DNA of 63,948 nt, the filler included, from Octopus bimaculoides (lineage: Eukaryota), in the NCBI RefSeq assembly GCF_001194135.2. It is 4 parts of 3 records of this genome, joined end to end, with 100 filler letters (N's around TTAATTAATTAA, not from the genome) between each part and the next. Parts side by side here need not be neighbours in the genome. Positions count along the whole stretch, not along the records: positions 31,311 to 57,309 come from NC_069004.1; 3 more parts are not named here. One strand, given 5' to 3'. The notes beneath the pieces are model-generated. The model saw only the letters and a program-made list of their open reading frames with translations, ran no database searches and was not told the DNA's origin. The position numbers were made by a program, and so were the translations under genes. Shown here piece by piece: positions 38,861 to 53,787 of the stretch; position 1 is the first letter of the stretch; each line of letters starts with the position of its first letter.

Positions 38861-39859
38861 TATTATTATTATTATCCTTCCTATCGTCATCGTCGTCGTC
38901 ATCATCATCATCATCATCATCATCATCACCAGTGTAGTTGCTTTTTGTTATTTTGCTGTTATCCTTGTATCTTGCTTTAGCAAGAATTCTTTGTACACGA
39001 CCCAAAGACTTAGAATGTTACCACATTCTTATCGAATGCAAACAATAATAAATAAATGAATGAAAGTTGTCCCCTTTCAGATTATTCTACAAGGAGTTTT
39101 AGTTGGTAAAAGCTGAGGCCTATTTTTCCGTACCGATTATTGCTTTAAAATCGTTTGCTTTTTTTTTTTTTTTATATATACATATATTTGTATTTTGTCG
39201 ACATACACGTAACAAAAATGGCGTTTATGACAAATACAACATCCAGAAACACTCTCTATCTCCATCCAGTAAAAATAACATCAAACATAACATTTTTTAC
39301 AAACAAAATTAAAGGAAAAATCCACAGAGTTAAATGCACAAACACGCACAATTCATGCGAAATAAAATGAAAAATCGATTCTCTTAAGGACACTATCAAT
39401 ATCGAAACATCACAAAATGTATGCGACTTTTGTATGTAGAAACAGCAACGGCATTCAAACGCACGCATCAGGGGGAATGTAAACACAACTAGTTTTAGAA
39501 ATGACCAGTTTTGCCAAAAATAACAAGAGGAACAGAAAAGGAAAAAAATCCGGACACAGCTATAATCACACGAAAGGGAAGAGTCTGAAAGAATTTCGGA
39601 ATAGGAGAGATCATTTCGTTTCCCGAGCAAGGCAGTCTCTCCTATCAGAAGACAACATCGAAGAAATAATAAGTTAGAAAGGTTACGCATAGGATAAAGG
39701 TTACACATTTGTACACACTGAAAACCGTTTTACCTCACAGCCGTGACCGTCATTCCTGTATTTAAGAGTATATCCCAGAAATGACATCTTACAACGGTTA
39801 GGTGGAACTGCTTCGCTTCACAAGCGAGGCATTCTCTCTTATTCCGAAGAGTGCTCTTG

Positions 39860-40185
39860 GAATCTCTCATTGCTTCGACGAATGTGTGTTCAGCAGGACA
39901 CTGCTGAGCAGAGTTCTTATTTCGTCGACTCATGTGCCAATTCAGACTTATCCAGAATTTACAGATCCGGTTGCAGATGTTGCAATAGCGGGTCGCCATC
40001 ATTTGTGGGTAGATTGGACCCGAGTTTACGCTGGACATTTTTCTCGTTTAGGGTTTGATCCTTGTTGCCTCAGTGTCAGAAATGTCTTGGCAGAACAGCT
40101 TCCTCACTGGATTCTCATCAGTGCTTCCGATTCCCATGTCTTCAGGTTTATCTTGCAAGTTTCCAAGAGTACATCCAATAAATAA
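39860..40185 (-). mobile_element. RTE-clade LINE 3' end
   Basis: Minus frames LLETCKINLKTWESEAL and RYCNICNRICKFWISLNWHMSRR (RTE C-terminal Cys/His motif). Confidence 0.7.
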
Positions 40186-40389
40186 TAAACACAAATGTTA
40201 CGTATTTGTGGACACTTAAAAAAAACGTCTCGCTTCACAAACAAGACATTCACTTTGATCTTCAAAAATATATCTAAAAAATTACAAGGAATAGCGTTGT
40301 ATATTCTGTCAATATGTCTACAATACAATAATGTTACATCTAAAAGTCACTCGTCTCTGACGACTTTAGGTATGCGGGTAATTTGAAAA

Positions 40390-40780
40390 TACATCACGGA
40401 GAGACGATCGTGCACTGCATAGTTACAAGTTGTCCTTTGGCAAGGCATAGCACCTGTTCAGCCCAAAGTCACGGGAATGAAGCATGGCGGATTGTGAAGA
40501 GCCAGCGGAAGAGCTCAACTGAGCCAACGGTGCTTCTTACATTGATGCTGAGCGGAAGAATCGTAACTCCATTAAGAGAGCAACACCACCAAGCTCCTTC
40601 AAAAGGGCAACTGCAACGCATCCTTAGGGCTGGCGTCCATGGTCGTGTAATTAGAAAGATTCATTATGACTCAAGCTCCCGATTCAAATTCATAATGGAA
40701 CTGGATGGCGACAGAGAGTCTTGGGAATCTGCGAAAGCAGCGCGACCGAAAGAACCCCCACCACCACCACCACAAATCAT
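40390..40780 (+). mobile_element. RTE-like LINE 3' fragment with (CAC)n tail
   Basis: HGNEAWRIVKSQRKS resembles YG.EAW.L.K; DGDRESWE resembles M.DR..W; followed by ccaccaccaccac. Confidence 0.55.
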
Positions 40781-41060
40781 TGTGTCGAGCAAGCTATCGG
40801 ATGATGCTATACGTTGCTGGCCACAGTGCGCTTCCTCGCATTGTTGTAGCTTTCGAATGATGCAACCCCGCTGGCTAGGTGAACAGGCCAGACTAGCATT
40901 CTCCTTGAATGGAATGCCAGCCCTTGGCAGGGTGACCCATTGACAGCTGAGTGGACTGGAGCAATGCGAAATGGAGAGTTTTCTCAAGAAAACAACGCAC
41001 CACTGGTATGGGGATCGAAACCACGAACTCGAGAGCAACACTCTAAACATTTGGCCACAT
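40776..41060 (-). mobile_element. SINE family B-like copy
   Basis: gagtggactggagcaatgcgaaat...ggggatcgaaaccacga. Confidence 0.65.
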
Positions 41061-41204
41061 ATATATTTACATAATATAAAATGATATAATATAATATAAT
41101 ACAATATAATACAACATAATAATACCTTCTATCAAGGTTATTAAACTCTTATCATTGCATTTTAGTCAATGCAATCTACGTAAACGAAATACTTCAATAT
41201 GATG

Positions 41205-41311
<107 letters not shown>

Positions 41312-41569
41312 AATGATAATAATAGCAATAACAACAACAGTTTTGTCAATGAATTAGCCATTATAATTCAATAACCGGAATGGAATCTTAAATCCCTTTC
41401 TTTCATTCCTTCTTAATCCATTTTATTTCGATTGATGCCGGTTCACTGTGGCTGTTTTGCATTTTTGCTCAAAGGTTATCTGCAAAATGTCACTATCCTG
41501 ATTCTGATGTCCTACTATCAAAAGAAATTATAAAGACATACCGAAGCTCGCATGCATAAATATGCACAT

Positions 41570-41605
<36 letters not shown>

Positions 41606-41952
41606 ACACACACACGCACAAAAGCACACGCATAAACGCACGCATACATGTGCATATACTCACACCAAATTCACGAAATATGCATCGATATTCCTCTGGT
41701 TTAATATTTCCTCTTTAATGTTCTCCAATCGACAAAGAACTGGTGCCCATCTCAGCAAAGAAGACTTCTTCATTGACATTTAAAATGACATCAACCAGGT
41801 AGTCAATGAAGACCCTGTGACCCTCGGTTGGAACTCGAAGTAGCAAGAGACTGGATCGACCAAAATAATATATTCTCACCACTATATATATATATTTATG
41901 CCAATGTTAAGAAGACAAAGAAAATACTTTAACACATCTTTAATGACGCCAG

Positions 41953-42180
41953 TTTACGCAAAAATTTACGCAAAAATTTACACAAAAATTTACGCAAAAA
42001 TTTACGCAAAAATTTACGCAAAAGTTTACGCAAAAATTTACGCAAAAATTCACGCAAAAATTTACGCAAAAATTCACGCAAAAATTCACACAAAAATTTA
42101 CGCAAAAATTCACCCAAAAATTCACCCAAAAATTAACGCAAAAATTTACACAAAAATTCACACAAAAATTTACACAAAAA
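41953..42180. repeat. 12-bp minisatellite (TTTACGCAAAAA) x19
   Basis: 19 contiguous units with no indels; variants increase toward the right end. Confidence 0.95.
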
Positions 42181-42745
<565 letters not shown>

Positions 42746-43311
42746 TAATTATGATAATATCGAAAGTGTTAAAGTAAATATTTGACTAAATGCGAGGAAA
42801 TTAATTGCTTTTGAAATATTCTATGTTCGTAATCAGTCTGTCTATATTTATACTGTATGTTTATATATTTCATCTGCTTATGCGTGCATGCATACGTACG
42901 TTCATACACACACACATACAAACATGTACACACACACACACACACGCACACACACACACACACACACACACGTGTGTGTGTATGTATGTATGTATGTATG
43001 TATGTTTGTGCATATATATATATATGATGTGTGTGTGAGTAGAAACAATTAAATTTATATATACACTAGCAGAATATATACGCTTGCATACACAAGTTTT
43101 TCTTGGGTCTTTTGCCCCTCACTGTCTCTGTTCTCTCTATCAATCTGTCTCTCACTTTGTCTCTTTTTCTGTCTGTCTGTCTGTCTGTCTAACTCTGCCA
43201 CTCTCACTTTGTATGGTGTGTTTTTGATATATCTGTATATACACATACATAAGCGCACACACAGACACGCACACGCCCAAATATCTATAGAGAGAATGTG
43301 ACATATATATA

Positions 43312-43346
<35 letters not shown>

Positions 43347-43359
43347 GTGTGTGTATATA

Positions 43360-43409
<50 letters not shown>

Positions 43410-43849
43410 AAAGATTTATATATATATCTATAAATACATATATATACATATATAGATATATATATATGTACACACACCTAACCGCATGTATACATTCAGA
43501 TATATAACGTCTAATAAATCTTAATGAGAAAATTTAGTAACAAATTTTACGGAAATTCCTCTACACATTTGCCATTAACGGTCGTTGATTAAATCTCGAA
43601 TCAATACTCCCAGCATTAAAAGTAATGATTCCAGATTTCATATTTAGAAAGCTGCCAGCTTATCTACTCGACACACGCATTTCTTGTTTGTCTACGCCCA
43701 CATCCATTCACACAGACACACAAACACACACACGAACTCACGCACACAAATGCATATGCATACACACATATAAAAATAGGCGGCGAGGCAAATAGAAATT
43801 GACATAAAATGTGAGACCTGAATCACAATTAGACACACAAATTCCTTCA

Positions 43850-43923
<74 letters not shown>

Positions 43924-44122
43924 CCTATCTATCTATACACACACATAGACTCGAATACGCATATAAGCTATTAAAAAGAGAGCTACTAACAGTTCCATGC
44001 ATTAAGGTACATTAAATTGACAGATTTATATAACATGTCACGTATCTCCAAGTAATCTTTCAGGCAGAGTTAATAATGTTTTATGTATGTATGTGTGCAT
44101 ATATATATATGTGTATATATGA

Positions 44123-44158
<36 letters not shown>

Positions 44159-45124
44159 NNNNNNNNNNNNNNNNNNNNNNNNNNNNNNNNNNNNNNNNNN
44201 NNNNNNNNNNNNNNNNNNNNNNNNNNNNNNNNNNNNNNNNNNNNNNNNNNNNNNTATATATACATATATATATATATATTTGTGAAAATGAATAGAAATG
44301 GCTTTTCTTTTCCACTTTAAAGTGGTAAAAACCACCAGAAAAGTCATTTCTTTTCATTGTTTGATTGGCCAAAAGTCACCTGACAGCAAATCAAAACCAT
44401 TTAATTCCAAGATTCATTTATGTTTAACAGCTGAATGAATTTAATAAAAGCATCTAAATATGAAACATCTTTTTGAAGCATATCACGGAATCCCAGAGGT
44501 ACGGGTCTTGAGATGCGTTTCTTCCTAAAATTATAGCTCAGTTTGGGTGTTAGCATTTTAAAGCGCACAGTACTACAAAATAGAAGCAATAGTCACGTGA
44601 AGAGACAAAACAAAAAAAAAAGAAGAAAAAAAAGAATGATATGATAAAAGTAGGTTTAACTGCCTGGTAACAGTTTTCGAGTTTCCAGTGAAATATTTCT
44701 CGAGTTATATTCCAAGTTATCACCAGTTTTCAAGTGAACCATTTTCGATTGTGAGTTTTAAAAACAGCTTGAAGGTTGCGCTCTATAATTGCATCTCATT
44801 TATAAAGCATGGGCTGTGTAATTGTGCTTTGGTGAGGAAATCAATTTTGGCGAATCTACTCGGCGTTAAATTGTGATCTTGACATTTCCATTAATCCTGG
44901 TTTGGTTTTGGAGTGATTTCAAGACAGTCGTCAGACATTCATACATTACTCTAATATCTATCATTGTTTAATTAAGACTACATCCCATTTATCGTTAGGG
45001 GTCTGTTTGATAATTATTTTATTGTGATTGCATTCATGCGAAAATTGTATCAAGTTATTTCCCTCAATCTATCTCTCCATTTCTCTGTCTATCTCCACTC
45101 TCTCGCTATCTATTTGTCTGTCTG

Positions 45125-45171
<47 letters not shown>

Positions 45172-45403
45172 GTCTGTCTGTCTGTCTGTCTGTCTGCCTT
45201 TATCTATATCATTACCTCTCGCTATCTCTCATTCTCTCATTCTCCTTCCTCTATCCCTGTCATTATCTCTCTCTGTATATCTATCTCTGTATCATTATTC
45301 TTTTTCTTCTTCTTTATCTCCCCCCCCCTCTCTCTCTATCTCCTGCTGATTCGAAATGTGTCTTTTTCGTGAGATTTCTCTCTCTGCTCTACTTCCCTGA
45401 TAT

Positions 45404-45643
45404 TGTGGAGTGAACTGACACCCCTGCATGTAGCTGTCAATGGACTGGGCGAGTCTTATAAATAGATGAGTCAGTTGAGAGTTGAGGTAGAACTGTGAGA
45501 ACGTTAGTCTTGTTATTGATTCTGCGTTGGAGCATTGGATTTTTATTGTGCAAACGCCTAGAATATGATAACCAACTCTTATTACATTGCTTATTGTTAT
45601 ACATTTATATTTGGTACTGTGATATATTGTTATACACACATCA
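45404..45643 (+). mobile_element. Candidate solo LTR
   Basis: TG...CA ends, TATAAATA at 45457 followed by TCAGTT, imperfect 5-bp TSD gatat/tatat. Confidence 0.3.
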
Positions 45644-45731
45644 TATATCGTCACTAACTATATAACACCTGAATACAATAAGAGTGTCTTTGGACAATCT
45701 TATGTCTCTCATGAACCCACAAACGCACAAA

Positions 45732-45872
45732 TGCTCAATTGGTACTTATTTTATTGATCGCGAAAGGATGAAAGGCGAAGTCAACCACGGCGGAATTTGA
45801 ACTCAGAACGTAAAGCCGTTAAGCATTTTACCCGGCATGCTAACGATTCTGCCAGCTCACCGCCTTTATATA

Positions 45873-45914
<42 letters not shown>

Positions 45915-46164
45915 AATAATGATAATAATAATAAAAATAATAATAATAATCCTTTCGAATGTGGATGTAAGGTCTGAAATTTTGAGGGAGGGGATAAATC
46001 GATTACATCGACCCCAGTACTTGACTGGTACTTAATTTATCGACCCTGAAAGGATGTAAGGCAAAGTCGACTTCGGCGGAATTTGAGCTCAGAACATAGC
46101 GACTGGCGAAATACCGCTAAGAATTTTGCCCGGTGTGCAAACGATACTGCCAGCTCGCAGCCTT
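45732..46164 (-). mobile_element. Two tandem SINE family A copies separated by (TTA)/(TAA)n
   Basis: 45732-45866 and 45951-46164; ggcggaatttga(a/g)ctcagaac...ctgccagctc. Confidence 0.85.
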
Positions 46165-47012
46165 TATACTACTACTACTACTACTACTACTACTAATAAT
46201 AATAATAATAATAATCATAATCATATAATGCTTCGGATGCTTTAGAACTCACAATATAAAGAACCCCGAACACGAACTGCAAAGCCTTTCTACCCTCGGA
46301 TGCTCAGACAAGTCTACCAATCTCCTTTTTTCTCTTAGATATTTCTCTCATCTCTTTATCCACAATTGTTGTCCGTACTTCATTTGACGTAATTTGTTAC
46401 AAACAAACATCTCAGGAAGCCATTAAAAAAAAAAAGTCAACTGTTAATTTGCGAAGCCAAACACAAAGTTTAGTACTCCAGTTTTTGTAATTTCAGTAAT
46501 ATGTGGGCGATGGTGTTTTTATTATTATTATTATTATTATCATGGGAGTAATGTAACAAATAAATATTTATACGTCCCACACGACATCAATAATTAACTA
46601 AGTCAAAGTGTATTTTCGTGGTGTTGCTTCAAGTAACACCCGATAAACATCTTCCGTGGAAGAGCAACAAATGGGGAAAAGCTAAATACAAATTGTAAAG
46701 AAACATTTAGCTTCGTAATCTCAAGGTATTTTAATAAAAAAAAACTGATGAAAAACAAACATATTCATGACGCACACATACATATATACATGCATACATA
46801 CATACACAAATATATACATACAAACATACATACACAGCCCCAAACACACACGAAGATTATAAGTATGGCTAAGAGAGAATTCACAATATTTATTGATGAA
46901 CGGACTCAATACATGTATTAGAGGCAAATTTATTATGCACAGAAATTGACTATGATTCGACGTCACAAATAATTGTTTTAAACGATATTGCTTGAAAATA
47001 CAGTCAACATCG

Positions 47013-47063
<51 letters not shown>

Positions 47064-47080
47064 CCCGTCTTTTGTCAATA

Positions 47081-47204
47081 GGCCAGAATTTTCGGAAGAA
47101 TTTGAACTCAGAACTTAAAGAAAGACGAAATGCCGTTAGACATTTTGTCCGGCGTGGTAAAGATTATCCTAGCTCACCGCCTTTTATGGAAAAAATAACA
47201 ATGA
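47081..47204 (-). mobile_element. SINE family A head
   Basis: gaatttgaactcagaac...cctagctcaccgcc. Confidence 0.75.
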
Positions 47205-47588
47205 AAAGAAGAAATACGTCATTCCTTTTACATTGCAGTTAATTAGTTCTAAAGTCTATGATTACAATCAAACCATTGTAAAACGTAAGAATATCTAATC
47301 ACAAACAAATTGTCGCAATCAAATTATTTCGAAAATATAATATTACATATTCTAAAATATCATATCATATTCAAATGACATTATTACAATAAGATTATTG
47401 CCAGATTGCATATGCCATAATACATTTTTTTCATTGAAATCATTTAAAAATATTACATTATTAAACACTCTGGAGCACATAATTACAAAAGTACATAGTT
47501 AATTGTTTCTAAGTCTGTAATTATATACCGGTTTAACGGTTTAACCTCTTAGAAGAGATATTCGTTGTGATGTACGTGTATAACGTTT

Positions 47589-47687
<99 letters not shown>

Positions 47688-48199
47688 AAGAAAGACGGAA
47701 ATAGGGAGGGGAGAGAGATAGAGAGCTGTATAACGTAAAGGAACGCGTGTAGGATAGAGATTTAAAGTAATTGTATTGCATATAATAGTGTAATAAATTA
47801 CTTTCTGAGGATGTATAGCTCTTCATTCTTATCTTGGCTATACACACGGACGAAATGCCGCCAAGTATTACATCGGAATTTATGAAGTTATAATACAAAA
47901 ATGTTTAACTAAATCTTGTTTCATTCTACTCTTGTACGCACGCACACTTACACACACACATACACACACACACAAGCACACTCACACACACACACACACA
48001 CATACACATACATGTATATATTTACATATAATTGTATGTGTATATGTGTGCGTGTGTGTGCATATATCTATATGTTTACATATATATTAAATATACAACA
48101 AAGAAAGTACAGAGAACTTTGTTGAGCTTTTCTTCTGGCTCCGTTCCTAATTATTAGTATATTCAGATATTCTAATTCATAGATACTTGCCTTTCATGT

Positions 48200-48700
48200 G
48201 AATGCTACACTCATGTCTTACCAACATTGAAGATTGTTCTGGCACATATGATATGATAAAACAATATTCTAGGTACCATTTCCACGATGACTCGGGTAAA
48301 GTCAGTACTGAATTTAGCCTTAGCTTTTTGCGGTATATTTTGCTTCACGAATCTATAACAATAAATTCATAAGTAGGTGCAACTTTCGTCCCCATGGCGT
48401 TTACTTGAATTTGGATTTAAAATTTTCCATCGGAATAGAATGTGTTATTTTCTAGAATACACTTAGCAGAATCCAAAATGAACTCTTGACAAAATCTATT
48501 AGGAATTGTTTCATTGTATTTTCCTATTCAGTAACTTACAGTAGCAATACTTTTAATCCTGAAGTATCTAATGTTTTGTTTCTTCATTGCATCTCAAATT
48601 TCCTTTGATTTGCGCATTTTCGGGAGACCATAGAAGTTGCTGGTTTTCCTTTCAAATCTGAACAAATAGTGGAATTCTTTTCAATGCGACAACTCAATAA
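48200..48700 (-). mobile_element. Penelope-like element reverse transcriptase fragment (internally deleted)
   Basis: Minus translation FERKTSNFYGLPKMRKS...NRFCQEFILDSAKCILENNTF...QIQVNAMGTKVAPTY...WKWYLEYCFII, matching the PLE motifs FYGLPKIHK, GTAMGT..AP.YA and RYLDDCF. Confidence 0.8.
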
Positions 48701-48860
48701 ATAATAATTTTAAAAAATCACCAGTGACAAGAGATAAAGAATGCTGCTACTTGACTGGGATTTAAAGAGTAATAAGCATCTTCTATGGCCTTCTGAAAAC
48801 GTATTCAAAGGAAATTCAGTATGGAGGGAAAGAGTGACATCGAAAGAGACTGAAAGAGAG

Positions 48861-48927
<67 letters not shown>

Positions 48928-49344
48928 ACAAAGAGTGACTTACATCAAAATGGTAAGTTCACCAAATACGAAACTAAGACCCAAAATAAATTTATCCCAT
49001 CATGCCCTATTCAACATCTAAGTAGTTTCATCGTCATTAATTTAAAATCGTTATATTCATCATCATCATCATCATTATCATCATCATAATCAGCATCACC
49101 ACCATCTTCACAATAATGTTCATCATTTCCCCCATAAACACCAACATCATCGGTGTCATCGTCATCGTCGTCAACAGCTTCGTCATCGTCATCGTCGTCA
49201 TTACCATCAGCATCAGCATCAGCATCACAATCATCATCGTCATTACCACCGTCGCCGCCGCTGCACCACCACCACCACCACCACTATCACCTCCACCATT
49301 GCTAACACCACCGCTACCACTACCAAGACGACCACCTTATTTAT

Positions 49345-49511
49345 AAGGCTAGTATCTTTTGCCGAGCCGCTAGCTTACGGGAAGGTCTCCGCCTTCCAAA
49401 TCCACTCACAAGGCTTTGGTCAGCCCGAGGCTATGTTAGAAGATGCTTGCCCAAGTTGCCACGCTGTGGGACTGAAGCCAGAACCCTGTGGTTGGAAAGC
49501 AGGCTTCTTAC
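49345..49511 (-). mobile_element. SINE family C, partial
   Basis: ccaaatccactcacaaggctttggtcagcccgaggcta...gtgggactgaagcc. Confidence 0.8.
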
Positions 49512-50344
49512 NNNNNNNNNNNNNNNNNNNNNNNNNNNNNNNNNNNNNNNNNNNNNNNNNNNNNNNNNNNNNNNNNNNNNNNNNNNNNNNNNNNNNNNNN
49601 NNNNNNNNNNNNNNNNNNNNNNNNNNNNNNNNNNNNNNNNNNNNNNNNNNNNNNNNNTATATATATATATATTTAGATAGATAGATAGATAGATAGATAT
49701 GGATATGGATAAATAGATTCAAACACACACTCACATACATACACGCACGCACACACGCACACACACACACGCACACACACACACGCACACATACACACGG
49801 ACACACGCACGTACGCACACAAATATATATTCACTCGTACATATATTTGGAAAAGAAAAATCAGCTTTGTCTTTCTGTTTTTTCCTGCGAGAATATACTG
49901 CTTACAAATTTGTAAGTGTTTATATTAAAAAAGATTCCTTTTTAATTATAATTCATTCAGATTCTATTGATTGAAATTCCAATTCGATATCGACTCTAGT
50001 TTTTGTAATATTTATTATTGAAAAAAAAAAAATGTTTTTAATTGCTCCTTTCGATGCTAAATTAAGTAGAAGACGAAATATTTACAGAGAAGAATGGCAT
50101 CATGGGAAGTGTATGGTAGATCAATATAGAATTAATATCTTTATGGAAATAATATTTTCTTTTGCCATTTTGTGATAACATAAAAATCAATAACAACTAG
50201 AGTGATGACCAGTGGAAACCATTAAAAGTGCTTATTCGTGAGTTCTTGCTGTGCTAGAAATAGCATCCAAATTTCTCCGAAATGTTTAGAAATATAATGG
50301 ATAATGAAGTCCTTGGTATAAACGCTGGCTTGGACTTCTGGAAA

Positions 50345-51038
50345 GAAGTGGTTTCTCAACTACACGGTTCCGGGTTCAGTCCCACTACGCGCCCCCTTGC
50401 GCAAGTGTCTTCTGCTATAACACCAGGCCGAGTAAAACCTTGCGAAAGGATGTGTGAAGCTTAATTATGTTTACCTGCATCACTATCTCCGCATCAGATC
50501 GCCTTCGATTTCTCTTATAGCCAATCTTGACGCTGTAGACTTAGTCTTGGATTAAGAATTCGGAGGTAAGGTCATGGTTGGAATGTAGTCCTTGGTAATA
50601 TTTAAATACTCAAAGGCGGCGAACTGGCAGAAACGATAGCACGTCGGGCGAAATAGCGGTATTTCGTCTGTCTTTACTCTTCTGAGTTCAAATTCCGCCT
50701 AGGTCGACTTTGCTTTTCATCCTTTCGGAAAATCGATAAATTAAGTACCGGTTGCGTACTGGGGTTGAACTAATCAACTGACCCCCTCCCCAAAGATTTC
50801 GGGTCTTGTGCCTAGAGCGGAAAAGAATATTTAAATACGCAAAGGCAACGAGCTGGTAGAATCGTTAGCGCGCCGGACGAAATGCTTTGTGGTATTTCTT
50901 TCTGATTTACATTTCGAGTTCAAATCCCACTAAGATCAAGTTTGCCTTTCATCTCCTCGGTGTCATTAAAATAAGTACCAGTTGAGCACTGTGGTTGATG
51001 AAGTCGTCCGGCCCTTTCACCAAAATTTCAAGCCTTCT
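50345..51038 (+). mobile_element. SINE cluster: family C head (50345-50455) and two tandem family A copies (50613-50832, 50841-51038)
   Basis: gggttcagtcccactacg; aaggcggcgaactggcagaaacg...gagttcaaattccgcc; aaggcaacgagctggtagaatcgttagc. Confidence 0.85.
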
Positions 51039-51819
51039 TTCGTTATTGTAATACGAATTATAACAACTTGTTTTCTATTTTGCAGATATTGAAATAAATA
51101 AAATAAAAACGACAATAAAAATCGATATTAAACTAATAGTTCAATGATAAATAATTACAGTTGAAATGAAGTGATATGAGGAGGGAAAAAAGGAAGCTTC
51201 GCGTCACACTGACATAAATGTATTGTGTGGTTTATAACTTCTTGAGACAAGTTCGTACTTCTAGCTGTCAAATGTTTATAGAAATATATGAATAAGTGAT
51301 GTGTTCATTAGTTGTACTGTACAGAGAATAGGATACGAATATTATTTTTGTATACATTGTGATATATAAACCGGTGATGTTCAGAGAATATCGAAAACGA
51401 AGAAGATAAGTGAAATTGTAAAATGTTCGTGGTATTGTATTGTATTTTATAATACGCTCATTGAAAGATTTTGCAAACGTACTCGAATCAACGCAATTAG
51501 AAGTAAAACTTGAATTTAAAGCTAACGTAAAGAAACGAGGTTGTAGTAAATGCTGGAACAAAATGCTTTACAGTTATGTCAAAAGCAAAGGCGATGAATT
51601 GGTTCCAGAGCACTGGAGGCGATGTAATCGATTTTTTCTTTTCTTTTTCCCTAAAATCGCTGGTATTGTGCCAGAATTTGATACAATATTCTTTTGTATT
51701 CTAGGTACAAGGCCCAAAGTTTTGTGGGAGGGAGCCAGTTGAGTAGATCGATACCAGTACGCAACTGATACGTAATTTATCGACGATGTTGCTGTTGCCG
51801 TTTTTCCTTGTTGCAGAAA

Positions 51820-52180
51820 TGAATAAATGAATAACTCCTTTCGCAGATCACCATACAGTGACCACTAACTTTTTAGGGTGCAATGGTGGGCTTGGGTAGT
51901 GTTTAGGTGACTCTCCTGCATCTAAAGAGTATCCATTTCTCATCACAAGTAATGATTTGATGCAAAAATGGTATTTTTTCCATTCGAAAAAGCAATAAGG
52001 GGCACACTTCGAAGTGTCTGGTCGTTTTTAATCTCGTTCAGTTGATGTGGAACAAATCTATCCATTTTCTTGACTTTTCCAAATTTTTACAGGCGTCCAG
52101 AAACAGTTGTGCGAGATGTTTGGAGTTCTGACGAAAGTTTTCGAATCTTTGTTCTCGGATTTTGTAGCCTTAATACACAA
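51820..52180 (-). mobile_element. Mariner transposase internal fragment
   Basis: Minus translation NPRTKIRKLSSEL...GKVKKMDRFVPHQL...PFLHQIITCDEKWIL...LHPKKLVVTVW*SAKGVIH. Confidence 0.8.
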
Positions 52181-52982
52181 ATAAAGAAATTCTATCCACT
52201 AATGAGGTTTTGAGCACTCATTCTCATTGTTCAACATTTACTCCCACCCCCGCACATACATATGCATACGCGTACGCATGTATATGCAGAAAGAGAGCGC
52301 AAGAGAGAGTGAGTGAGATTTTGATAATTAAAATGAAAATGGTTTGTTCTCTTAAACACGAGGGAGAAGTAGAATGATCTTAATACATAGATAAATAACG
52401 AAAGAAAGCAAGAAATTATTTTTAATGGAGCTCAGTTATTCTATGAATTTTGTAATAACAAATCTAGAATAATGATTATCTTGTCTAAGCTGTTCAATAG
52501 TTTGTAATTCATACTGTAATATTTTTGTAAATAATGAGCCATCACATTTAATTAAGAGTTTGTAACTTTTATTAAACCGATACAGAAACAAACCGCTAGT
52601 TATCCAAACACAGAAATCATGTAAAAAACAAAAAAAAGAAGGGACGTGGAGTGCACAGCTGAGTCCCATCGTGTTTAATTAAAATTTTATATTTATTATC
52701 TAACCGGAGCAGATTATTTTGAGGTAAAAATGTGCACACTTCCCTGTGTAACACACTTGGCAAACAACGGATACAGCAAAGGGTAGAGGCGGTTTTCTTC
52801 GTCATGACGAGGCCACCTCTCTAATGTTGGTGCCACGATAAAAGTGCACTCAGTAGCATACTAATGTGATTTTCTCTCACACCGTGTCGCTCCGATTCGG
52901 ACACATGTGATCATGGATTTATCAGCTATTTAAATGTTAATCCAACAACTAAATCCTCATCACCGAAAGACAGAGCACTGCA

Positions 52983-53017
<35 letters not shown>

Positions 53018-53056
53018 TGTATGTATGTATGTATGTATGTATGTATGTGTGAGTGT

Positions 53057-53103
<47 letters not shown>

Positions 53104-53709
53104 NNNNNNNNNNNNNNNNNNNNNNNNNNNNNNNNNNNNNNNNNNNNNNNNNNNNNNNNNNNNNNNNNNNNNNNNNNNNNNNNNNNNNNNNNNNNNNNNN
53201 NNNNNNNNNNNNNNNNNNNNNNNNNNNNNNNNNNNNNNNNNNNNNNNNNNNNNNNNNNNNNNNNNNNNNNNNNNNNNNNNNNNNNNNNNNNNNNNNNNNN
53301 NNNNNNNNNNNNNNNNNNNNNNNNNNNNNNNNNNNNNNNNNNNNNNNNNNNNNNNNNNNNNNNNNNNNNNNNNNNNNNNNNNNNNNNNNNNNNNNNNNNN
53401 NNNNNNNNNNNNNNNNNNNNNNNNNNNNNNNNNNNNNNNNNNNNNNNNNNNNNNNNNNNNNNNNNNNNNNNNNNNNNNNNNNNNNNNNNNNNNNNNNNNN
53501 NNNNNNNNNNNNNNNNNNNNNNNNNNNNNNNNNNNNNNNNNNNNNNNNNNNNNNNNNNNNNNNNNNNNNNNNNNNTACTTATTATAAAATATAATGAAAT
53601 ACATTATCTATACGTGTTTATCAAACTGTGAAACAGTTGTTAAATAAGAATATCCAATGGTAAAGTAAATTTTATGACAACATATTTCTCTATTTGTAAT
53701 TACACACAC

Positions 53710-53787
<78 letters not shown>

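Noticed and set aside
39802-40185. 127-aa plus ORF
   Set aside because: Antisense of an RTE 3' end
40383-40943. 186-aa plus ORF
   Set aside because: Chimera of a decayed RTE end and an antisense SINE
41953-42180. CRISPR-like appearance of the polar array
   Set aside because: No unique spacers; contiguous tandem units in eukaryotic DNA
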